Assembly (NCBI GenBank): GCA_054661495.1
Contig: BAAFSQ010000089.1
Coordinates: forward strand, 1-32,000
Reading direction: 5' to 3'
Source: Zygophlyctis sp. KS116
Taxonomy: Eukaryota > Fungi > Chytridiomycota
DNA: 32,000 bases
The notes beneath the pieces were generated by a model. That model did no database searches. It saw nothing but the letters and a program-made list of their open reading frames with translations, and had not been told where the DNA came from. Of this stretch, positions 21,108-32,000 are shown piece by piece (positions within the stretch are counted from its first letter, which is position 1; each line of letters starts with the position of its first letter). Both the position numbers and the translations under genes were made by a program.

Positions 21108-24100
21108 TTATTGTTTTGGTTTTTTACAAGAACTTCGCTTGCAAAAGAGTTCAAAAGATATTTGGTCTAGCGTTCTTTCCAAGCTACTCCCCATGAATAA
21201 ATTTCTAAATCCTCGCTTATCATAGAAAAATCGGGCTCCATCAATAGCATGCTGATTTTGGATCAGTTTATCAGCCAGTTGCTTTTGCGAAATATCACTT
21301 AGATCGGTATGACCGTCAAAGAGCTCAAGAAGAGCGTGTATGGTATCTGGAAAATCTTTAACTTTACTGATGAGTCCAGCATAAACAGAGTCTTCTGGCT
21401 TCCTTTCTAATCCACCTTTCACACAGTTCAGATCGAAAAATATTGGTTCGTTAGGATGTCTCTTTTCATTTTTTCTGGATCTGAAAACATTAGCGATTTG
21501 ATCCGCTTCCCTAGCTGACAATATAATGATTTTTTGATTAGAGGGGAAATAAAGCCCATGTCGCACGGCACGCAGATAATCATCAAGCTTTTGATGTTCC
21601 AAAAGAGGAAATGAAAAGTTTTTTGTGAGATATATATCATTCGATTTCCAATTAATATGCTGCACGTTGGTTTCAGAAATGTGCCTTTTTAAGAATTCCG
21701 AAATTTGCATAGATCGGCCAATGTTAGAAGTTTCCGGGAGCGGATGAGCAAACAGGACGTCATAGTCCCAATCGTCTTCATCAGCAGGAGATAACTTGGG
21801 TAACTGCACTTCTTTTTCCTCCTCGATTTCCTTTTCATGTTCTAATTCCCTTTCCACTTGGTCAATGCAACTATAAGAGCTTTGAAAGACGTCACCTCCA
21901 AAATTATCTAAACTATATTTCAGAGTTTGTGTGATATGAGAGCTTTTCTGAAGGCAAGACGAAGGTATACTGTGGAGCTTGCGTGAACTAAAATTCTGTA
22001 TGGAGTCTGAAATCTTCTCACATTCATACATATCGGTTAAACTTGTTAGCTCTTTCTGTCGTGGTTCAAGCAAAAACTGAATTCCTTGACTACTATAATG
22101 ACCCAGACTTTCACCAATCCATTTTATAGAATTCAAAAAAGTATATAGAATAACATGCTGCATCATAATTGAAACGCCGTTTGTCATACCAATAGAATCT
22201 CTCAGTATCACCTCTACTTCCGTAGTAGTCGTCACAATCATAGTTTGACCATAGTCCAGTTTCCTCAAACGTCCAGCAGCCTGCATCAGGTCTTCTTTCC
22301 TCATTTTGGGGCCGATTGTCAGAATTGCTTTTGCAGTTGTTTTAAGCTTCATATCTGCTCCCCTACATCTGCTTTGATCATAAATAACAAACGCTTCTGA
22401 CTCGTGAATCGGGCTTGTCTCTAATGAGCAAAATCTCCCTTTTCGATCTATAATTGTCCAAGTTTGATTTTCCGTTGAGAAAAAAACAACACCTTTGAAG
22501 TTAGATTTCGCTAAGGCATGCAAAAATTTTACTGCCACCTCCTTATTGGAATAACCGCATAGTAATGCACCAGCATCGATAAAAGCGACTGCACCCCTAC
22601 TGAGAGCCAAATTTATCAGTTGATCCACAATATCTCTTTTTAATAAGGCATCTGGAATTGATTCATAACACGCATTTTTCATTAAATGATCGATCATCTT
22701 ACCATCTGTGGCTGCTAAAGAAATGTTTTTTGCATTTTGAAGATACAGAGGGTTTGGCAGAAACATACATGAATCAACAGTCCCAGAAAACCCACATTGA
22801 AAGTCGGATTTATTGGTGTCTGTTAGGTGCCAAGAATTTGCAGCGAGTTTGCCCGGGAAAATCATTGTCTGGGTGGGGAAAACGACGTAGCCCAGCCAGA
22901 AATTGATAAGAGGCATACTTTTTTCATACATTTCGTATAGCAGATTTCGTTGAACGAGATTTGCCAGGTCAATCTTTTCAACAGAATCAACTTCATGTTT
23001 AGCCCCATGCGATATAACATAAAGATCATATATTTGCTGATAAACGCTTTTTCGGAAATTTGGGCCAGATTGGAGTAGAGCGGAAAAAGCAGAATACAAT
23101 TGCTTCTTATCAAGTCCCCGGCTATAATATGAAATTATAGTAAGTCCAATCGCACAATCAGGCTGGGCGAATTCACTCCTAAGGACCGGTAAATTAGCTG
23201 CTCTGAAAGGTATAGCCATTGGAGTTTTATGTCCATCAACAACTCCGTAGTTAACGTTGTAGCGCAAAATTAAGCAATGTGACAATATACCATGAGCTAG
23301 GAAGCCCCGCAAGGCTAAAATATCGTTATAATGGTCAGCTCGTTCAAACTCTGACTCATGTACAATTGTTGAGACTGCTGTATCTGTGATGAAAGTAATT
23401 ATTCTTCCTATCAGATCTTTATCTGTCAATCTATTCATCCAATCTAATGAGAAATGAAGAATTATATCTGTGGATGAAACTATGGTTTTGCTGAAAAGCG
23501 AACGCGCTAATACATTTGTGAATTCGGGAAGTATCTTTTCCAGTGCACGGCAGGGTAGTAGCTGAAGCATATTATATTCTTGCTGCCCAACTTCTATTTG
23601 CGATGAAACTTCCTTACCTGCCAAGTAGTCTTTCACCTCAATTGAGTGTCGAAGATTATAAAAAATGGAAAACATAACTTCCCATCTTCTCTGACCAGCA
23701 TTTAAGAGCTCTGGGGTTCCTTCAGCATATACGAGCTGTCTAATTGGATTCATTATTTCGTCAGCTTCATCATAAATGTTCACAAAAGGTATAGAGTCTA
23801 TCTGTTCGAGAATCTGACTGACTAAATTGGGTTTCGCTTCATAAGTTTTCAAATACAGAGACAATCGATATTCTGGAGCTAAAATCAATCCACCTCCTAC
23901 ATTTTGGCAGTATTTAATACTAGCAAGAAGAGTTCTGGCATTCGGTTCTGTGAGCTCGACATCACGATTGAAGGGCATCAGGAGTAGCTTTTTATTGAAT
24001 ATTCCAGCAGTTAAAACCCGATGAAAATAGGAAAACCCTTCATTCAGTAAAGCTGAAAGCAGATAAATACTGACTACTTTAGCTTTTTCAGGCCGGGAAA

Positions 24101-27100
24101 ATTCTAGAAATAGGCACGGCAAAATAACTCTGGTTTTGCCGAGGCCCATATTCAACTGAGTAACCGAACCTGGATTTTTCAAAATATCGTTGATAATATC
24201 CATCTGCTCCGGGCGAATCTGAATACCTTGGTCTACTTCAAAAGCAAGCCATTCTGGGTGACTCTTGACATTGTATTTTCTGTATGTTTGAATTTCTCGT
24301 ATCGATTCTTCTACTTTTCGATTTTGAAGCAATTCAATAACTCGCTCTATTCGGTCCTCTAAAACGCAAAGCTGCATCCAATCTAGAATCATATTTCTAA
24401 AGTAATCAAGTTCATCCTTGGTCAGCATTGGGTTAAAACTTGAAAGAATTTCAGGATTGTAAGCTATTTTCGCAATATCCGCTAAAGTAAGATATGGCAA
24501 CTTATTTGAGGCCCTACTGATAATAAAACGGTGATATTCCCATCCTTCACTTCTTGAATGAATATCAGTTTCAGATATAATTTGTTTTTCTAGCTTTTCT
24601 CGCTCATTAACTATCGATTTCAATATTTTTTGAGTTTCTCTCAAAATTTTCTTTAATGATCCTGAAAGAATGGGCTTCCTTATAGACTTATGCGCATGGT
24701 ATGATTTACTTAATCCTGATATCATATTATTTCCTATTTCTGTTGATATCAAATTCTCTGGCAAATCAAATGGTAAACCATTTTTTGGCAAATCCTCGTG
24801 CTCTTCTAGATCGGAGCAACTTGATTCATTTTCTTCATTATTTAAATACCAATTATCAGAAGTTAAATGAAATAGTTCTCGCTCTTTGGCAGAAATATCC
24901 ATGAACTCATAAGTCGCTTTTTTTACTTCATCCTTGTTATGATGCTGCAATCTTCTTGGGAGGTAAACAATTTCGAGCATATTTTGGCATTCTTCTTCCG
25001 TCAATTCAGAGCGAATATTTTTGGGAGGATCTTGAGGGCTGATAGGTAGAACATAATGATTTAATGCACATGAAAATTGATTTTTATCCAAAGCAGCATT
25101 ATCAGGACTTTTGCCTTCATGAGAAAACATGAATTGGAGTTTTTTTGAATTCTCAAACAGAGAATGAGCTATAAGAACTAGCGCTGAAGGCAAATTTCTA
25201 AGTTTAAGCATTGAATTCAGCATATTAAATTCATCAGGATCAAGAGGCCGGTTAACCCAACAACCTCTCAATAATTGAATCGCCATTTCAAAGCCGGTCA
25301 TACCAGTCCACGTTTCTGGAACAGAGCTTCCAGTTGCTGCAAACAAAGAAGCCAGATGGATACGCCCGCAAATATTTGTGGCTTCTAATTGATGAAAGCG
25401 TCGATGCGGTGAGAATGAATTGTAAGGAAATACGATCTGCGTTATCAAATCAAAAACCTGATTCCGATCCCTTTTTAGTGTCACATCATTATTTTCCAGC
25501 TCTACCAGATGGTCAGGTACCAATATTTTGCTAGTTCGAGAATCTTTTTCCAATATAAGATAATTCTGGAATCCATTCCAGATTTCCTTCATAATTTGGC
25601 TCTTTTTAACTTTAAACTGTGCGTGGTCTAAAGAGATGAAGTAACTCGATCCACGAGAAAGTTCAAATGTAAGTCGATACCGCACAAACACTATTTTCAT
25701 GGTCCGTTTTTCAGTGATGTATACATGAATAAACTCTTTCAGATCAAATTTAGACCACATATTCAGAATCAAATTATTTAGGGGTTCATCCAAGTAAATC
25801 ATTCGATCTAGCTGTCCAATATGATTAGCCAAGTCTATGAAGCTTAGTTTGCGATGCTCTTGGGGGATTAAGAAAAGTTTGCCTCCGACGTAAATGTAAT
25901 AAACTTCTCGATTCATAAAAGGAATAGGACGAAAAACTATCAGATTATTATCATCAGATCGCCAATGGGAATATAGCGTTTATAGTCCTATTGGCAGATG
26001 CTGTCCCCATTTATCGATGTTAGCTGAGTCGAGCAGTCTTAACTTGAGTATCATATCTGTAGATGGTTCCTCTTCAAACACTAGTAAATGATTTTGAATA
26101 GATTTAAAGCTATAGTATCGACCTTTAGAAGGATATATAGTCTTTTTAGTTCCGTCATATTCTAATTCAGTGGTAAAGTTCTGATTTTTTCCAAATACTT
26201 TAAGATACAAAGGATGATTTAAAACATCTAAAGGAAGCCGCCCAGGCGGTTCGCCATTTAATAATGTCGTGCCATTCAGAACATTCAAACTTATATAATA
26301 TCCGTCGCTGTTTTTAGTATAATAGCAATATCGGCCATCGAGCTTTGTCCATTTCATATGATTTTCTACCCGGCCAGGAAAAATAATACGAGCGGCTTCT
26401 GTTAATTGATCATCCTCAAAAACCCATGAATGGAAACTCCGTGCAAGGATAAAGTTTACCCTGCAAATCAACTTTTTTGCGCTAGATTTTAGATTTTGCA
26501 CATTATTATCTTTAGTCATAGTGATTTCGTCTAAAATCAACGTGGCATTTATACGAACAATCAGAGAAAGTATTTTCTTCACTTGATCAGGAGTAAACGA
26601 TGGCACCATTTCATAAGCTAAAACTGCATAAAGAAGAAATAAGTGCTGCTTTGCTTGAGTTCCCTGGAGGATTTCAGCATTTGAAGTATTTCTTGATTTC
26701 ATTATCTCCTGGTCCATATTATTTGCCCAATTAGTAGCTATATTTGAGCTAGTATCTGCTAGCGACACAAAATTACCAGGAGCAAACTGTGAAAGAAAAG
26801 AAATTATTTCAATTCCAATTAAGAACTCGTGGTGATTTTTCGGTGCATCTTTCAAACGGTCGATAAATATTTCCAGTACTGATTGAAATCTTGAAATCAC
26901 TTGTTTATCATACAAAGCTTCCTTCCAGGATTTCACCGCCCCCAATTCATCAGAATAATCTAATTTGCCCAAATGATAAAAAACCAACTGAATCAACTGG
27001 TGAGTCTCACAAAACTTCAACGGTAGAGTCATCCGAGCTAAAGAGTCTAACACATTCATGATTTGCAGTAATGGAAATGCACGAATGTTTCCAAAAGTGA

Positions 27101-29594
27101 TAAATTGCTCCCGAGTTAAGTTGTCAGGTTTTTCATACAGTCTAGCAATTGCTAAATTTCCTCGATTTGATGGAGTTTTTCCCCCCCTTTGTTCTGCTGC
27201 CCACTGCAATTTCTCATTTGCGATTTGTTCTGTAAAATATGATACAGCTTGGTTTCTAGAAATAGTAAATGGATTTCCATGTTTCCATATAATTTCAGGC
27301 TGAAAGGCAGCAGGATACCATACTCCATCATCACGGCTAGAGATTATTTCGACATCATAAGATCCGAAATCTTTTGGGAATCGATGGCAATAAAGTAACA
27401 GAGGTGTATGAATACTTTCTTTTTTCTCTCTAAAATCGTAGGGACCATCATAAAATTCATGAAAATTCATCAATTGAGATAAGTCTGAATTTGCACCTTT
27501 CGATAGAAAAATTGCCCTCTGCGCTTCGTAACATTCACTCCAAATATCTCTCAGCAACTGAGGCATATAGCAAAAGAACAATGCTCGTTTTGCGTGGTCA
27601 TCAGGTTTTGGTAGCGACTGTTTTAAGTACGGTGGCGCCCTTTTGATTTTGGCGTGATTCACCCAAGCTGCTCTAATCTGATCTGCAATACGGTTGCATT
27701 GATTATCATATCTTTTCCAGTCCGGATTTGGAAAGTAATATTCATTGTAATCACACCAAATATTTCTTTTATGGCTGTCTCTCGCTGATGTAGCAGCCAC
27801 CAAGTTTTCTTGTAGCAATGCGATCTGTTGTCGAATAGAATCGCATTCTTTTTTCTTTTTCTTGATGGCTGCCCATCTATTATCAATTCGAGATTCTGCA
27901 TATGCTCTTTCTTGAGACAATAATTGGTCATATTGAGAGCGATGATCAGTGTCATTAACGAATTTATCAGCAAAATCAAACGTCCCAGTCACTTCCTCTG
28001 GACGTCCTGAAAAGACAATGGCTCCACTGACCTGGCGTCTTCTTTCCAGGTAATTGCTAATAAGATCTACGCAATCCCAAGCATTCTTATTTCTTAATAC
28101 CAAATGCTCCAAATCCCGAAAATCCAGCGCTGGGGCGTAATTTGATAGTGTTTTGTACGTTTGAACACCAAGCTCAAACAAGATACAGAACTTTAGCCAT
28201 TTCATTAACGCCTATATTTAAGAAAAAGAATAATTACAATATGGGATTTCAGTTCCACGTTCAAGAACGAATTTTGTTTTGAAGAAAAAGCTGCGATTTT
28301 CTCGCAGAGACTTTCCACCACCGATATCAAGGCTGCCGAATCACATTCAATATGAGTATTTGAGTCCTCTTTCAAGTAAGCGCGGGCCAGACCGAACAAA
28401 AATTTCTCCACCTGAACATGTACTATGGAAAAAAAATACGGTTCTAAAGCACTGATGCGATCATCATTCAGAAGATTGCGGCAATCCTATTCAGTTACTA
28501 TAATAAGAGTTTACATTCAAAGTCTTTAAATCATAAAATGGGATCCAATTCAAGTTAATTTTACTTTTTGTGAGTAAAGCTCGCTCATTTCCCTCTTCAT
28601 TCAGATCAGATACTGGAATTTTTTCCACTATAATTTTGGGGCTCGGCAATAACTCCATATCGTTTAAATTTGGGATATATGTCTGATACTGTTCAGAATT
28701 TGAAGCCTTTTCACTTTCCAACCCAACTTCCAAGATTTTTCTAATTTCAACAAATTTGGCTGAAAAAGAATCTGTATCAGGCCAAAAGCGGGAATCAGCC
28801 AAAAGCACACCGTATTTAGAGGCATCTGATAAATGCATCATTGCTTGATCTGCATAATCAGAAATGGGGGACTTATTCGCCACCTCCAAAGCCAACTGAA
28901 GGTGATATTCAGTGCAAAAACGAACAAAGCATCCTTCCGCATTCGTTACACGTGGAACCATTCCTAATTTCAAAACCGTTTTAATCAATGAGAAAGTAAG
29001 TGGCTCTTTTGTCTCTCTTTTAGTGCATCCCGTATGCATCGAAACATCAGTAAATCCACTATTTTGGGGGTGGATTTGGAGCTCTTTGACACTTTTAAGG
29101 CCATTTAACACATCTACACATTTCGAATAAAGAAATCCCGGTGTTTTTTGATGCCCGCCATCCAAGTTACTGGAATGTCTATCATTCCCTTTCTTTCCGG
29201 CCACTTTACTTAACTCTTGATTTACCAAATTTAGAAAATCATTCACTTTATCCATTGAAATAATTCCTGCGTACAAAAATGCAGGATCATCTCCTGCCAA
29301 AGCAGTATGTTCACCAGAGTTTACTGTGAAGGTCCAACCATCCAAGCCCACCAGATAGATGAGCCCATTCACAGGATCGAATGTCCGTGGCTTCAAAAGG
29401 ATACAAGCACCATATTCTTCTTTCCAATCAATTACCATGAGTTTGTCAAAATGAATCATATCATCAGATCCTTTCAAAATCAAAAGAGTTTCAGACAATG
29501 CACGCTGGTACTCTAACATTTTACAATCCAATTCTTCGTTTTCTTTGAGATCATTTACTTTCTTTTCCATAAAGGTCACTATCGCTTGATCCAT
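21108..29594 (-). CDS. Giant (~2,810-codon) DUF3638/DUF3645-family protein with an SF2/SecA-like ATPase core; one in-frame TAA, so possibly a pseudogene
   Basis: Exons 29594-28515, 28486-28238 and 28211-21108 (introns of 28 and 26 nt). Family motifs HPEWLAFEVDQGIQIRPEQ, QLNMGLGKTRVILP, LMPFNRD, LAPEYRLS, DEADE, QLVYAEG, YNVNYG, MAIPFRAANLP..RSEFAQPD, GFSGT, FIDAGA, YDQSRCRGADMKL and QAAGRLRKL. TAA at 25982-25980 is in frame with both flanking ORFs. Confidence 0.8.
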
Positions 29595-29869
29595 CTTCCA
29601 ACTTCTTTTTTTGGCAGGCCCTTGCGTCAATGATCACTCTCTCAACCACACAATACGCTGATCTCTGATGGTCTGTACTATTAATTGCATAATAAATTTA
29701 TACTGAGGACAATCTAGGACAAACGATACTGGGGATGAGGACAATAAACATGATCTTTCGGCAAAATTTACGCTGATTTTGATCAGACAAGAACCTGCAC
29801 AGTCAAAAGTGTATTTTATACAATACTTATGTAATCGTTATTATACGATTGAAATATTAAGACCGTCCA

Positions 29870-32000
29870 TCAGACTAAACCTGCGCTAAATATATACACA
29901 GCATCTCCTCTTTGTAAAAGGGTTTTTTGATCCGGATTAAGTGATAGATAGTATACCCCAACATCACTTCCCTGATCATCTCTTCTATATAAACCAATGC
30001 ATAAATTTCCTTTTAACATCATTTTCATAAAGAAGTCCAAGTAGGTTCGGCCGACCATATCTTGTGGAATCATTTTTTGAGAAATAAATCCATGATTCTT
30101 TGAGAGCTGATCCTTATCATGCAACGATTGGTTTTTATGAATAAGAACCATTCCCTACCAGTTAAAACTTGGTTATCGTACCCGTAAAATTTCCATTAGT
30201 TCATTATTGTAGTAAATCTGACATAGTAATGACTGAAATATTGAATTTGAGAAAACCTGGCCAGAAACAAAAGCAGGTATTAAAAGTTGGGCTTCAAATT
30301 AGCAAAATATTATGTACCTTGCAGATCTGAAAAATATTGAGTGTCTCCCTTGCCAATATATTTCATGTTTTCAACAAAAATAAATTCGACAATTATCGAG
30401 ATTTTTCTTGATTCTGGGCGAGCAGCACATATTGACTGAATATTCAGGACAGAAACTAGAGCAGGTGAGTCCACGGCGCGGTCACTGCAATCATAAATAT
30501 TCAAAAAGTACCTTCTATCTTCATTTCTAGCGAAAACAATTGCCTTTAAAGCAGTTTCTATAAACACTTTTGATAAATCATGAGCTATTATTAAAAGTGA
30601 ATATTTGTACTTGATAAAGCAGAACCTTTAATGAAAAACAGTTTCTTAAACATTTCCAAGCGTTTCCATCTATGAGGATCTGGCTGAGAAGGACAAAGGA
30701 TAACAACGGGTGTATCTGGGTCTCTTGTTCGAAACGTTGCCTTTTATAAGACTAGAAAAATCTTACCATAAAAGAAGAAATTCCTTCAGGAAAGGAAGAA
30801 TCCGAAAAACACAAAACTACGTGATCGTGAAACTCCTCAACTTTGACTTTTCCTTTCTTAACCTTTTGATCCATCTCAAGATCCTCCAATCCTCCAGTTT
30901 GAGCTATTAGTTCACTATTATCAGAGGGGTTAATTGGAATGATATCTTCCTGGCTACCTTGCTCTACAAAGCTTGAAAGTGATGTTTTTTTCTCTTCAAA
31001 GGGTGATGGAGGGAGCTCCAAATCCATTTCACTGTCAGTTTGAGGTCCAAACATTGCTATTTCACTAGCTAGTCTTGCATTTGTGGTAATAAAATAACCC
31101 ATTTCACCCTTTTAATCAATTATTGTGATATATACCCCCTTGAAGACATAACCATGTGGATTCAAGCACAATTTTCGAGATCCAAATGGATTCAGTTTTA
31201 CAGCAAATAAAACAGCATTGTATTTTCTGAAAATGTACGACGATGCTAAAGAAAATTCGTATCCTTGGTAAGCATGGGATAGAGGCATCTTCAATTAGAA
31301 ATCTTCATAAAACTTCTTACCGCATAAATTTCCATTTTAGATCCTTGTAGATATTCTTTCGCCCACTTTGAATCTCGAAATACCTTGGTTTCGCTGATCC
31401 TGCGCACAGTAGAATCGGATATTGAAGTAGTTAGCAAATAAATCAATGTCGAAAACCCAGGACAGATAATACTCTGAGCCATAATGGACATTTTAAATTC
31501 GCTTAAACATACAACTTCCTTTGCAACGTTGAGGAGATGTAATCTGCTATCAGGTTTATGAGTTTCCGCATATATGTCCAAGTCCCTTTTATATTTACGA
31601 AGTGCCTATATTATCAGTTCCTTCAAAATTACCAATGCTTGAGTAACCGTCACTGAGTCACGCATGTCAATTGTGTATGACGAATTATTATTTCTTAGAA
31701 TAAAACATGCTATAGCAGATTCAATTTTAGCTTTTGCCATTGAAGGAAATGCCAATGTATTCCCTTTGATATAAGACACACGACTCTTATAGAAAGGGCT
31801 CTCCAAAAGAGCTTGAACCTGCTCATTTGGATCAAAATTACTAAGTAATGCGACTCTAGTTTGCATAGTAATAGGCCCATGATCCTTAAAATTAGAATTT
31901 CAAGACTTTTACTTTGCAATAGAATTCCTGTAAAAATGCTCTCAGAATTACTGCTTCGAAATCGCCAATAAGAACAATGTGCCCAAACCCCTTGGCTAAA
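29870..32000 (-). CDS. Slo/BK-family potassium channel, C-terminal RCK1/RCK2 gating ring (5' part lies outside the window)
   Basis: HIVLIGD...FLQEFYCK|DHG, VSYIKGN, AKIESAIACFIL, VVCLSEFKMSIMAQSIICPGFSTLIYLL, EYLQGSKMEIY, LNPHGY, IIVEF...NMKY, PAFVSG, LCIGLYR and NPDQKTLLQRGDAVY. Multiple micro-introns (e.g. 31912-31885, 30317-30292). Confidence 0.85.

Noticed and set aside
25980-25982. Alternative genetic code (TAA/TAG read as Gln, as in some aphelids and ciliates)
   Set aside because: RPL43, RPB8, PIN1, CCDC146 and DES1 end in TAA at their expected C-termini, and long exons have no other in-frame TAA or TAG.
1-32000. Prokaryotic operon, CRISPR array, tRNA or rRNA genes
   Set aside because: Genes are eukaryotic with GT-AG introns. 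I saw no regularly spaced repeat-spacer array and no recognisable structural RNA.

Overview
AT-rich, very gene-dense eukaryotic nuclear DNA, most likely from a zoosporic (chytrid-grade) fungus. This is an inference from a flagellar CCDC146 gene and a Slo/BK channel sitting next to fungal-type eL43, RPB8, Pin1/Ess1 and a Uds1-like protein. The ORF track is fragmented because nearly every gene is split by tiny GT-AG introns; I reconstructed about 45 by hand, all 24-36 nt with a mode of 25-26. From left to right: a partial minus-strand membrane-protein gene; a junction region with a truncated MULE transposase, an internally deleted Crypton-like element and a 5'-truncated CbxX/NFX1-type AAA gene; a housekeeping block (DES1, trimethyllysine dioxygenase, RPL43, Uds1-like coiled coil, RPB8, two tandem nucleotide-sugar transporters, CCDC146, an NTF2-like/Jupiter-PGG fusion, PIN1, an ankyrin protein) with gaps as short as 3-28 nt; a ~2,810-codon DUF3638/DUF3645 gene with a SecA-like ATPase motif series and one in-frame TAA; and the 3' half of a Slo/BK channel lacking a canonical calcium bowl. 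All family calls come from motif recognition by eye; no database searches were run.
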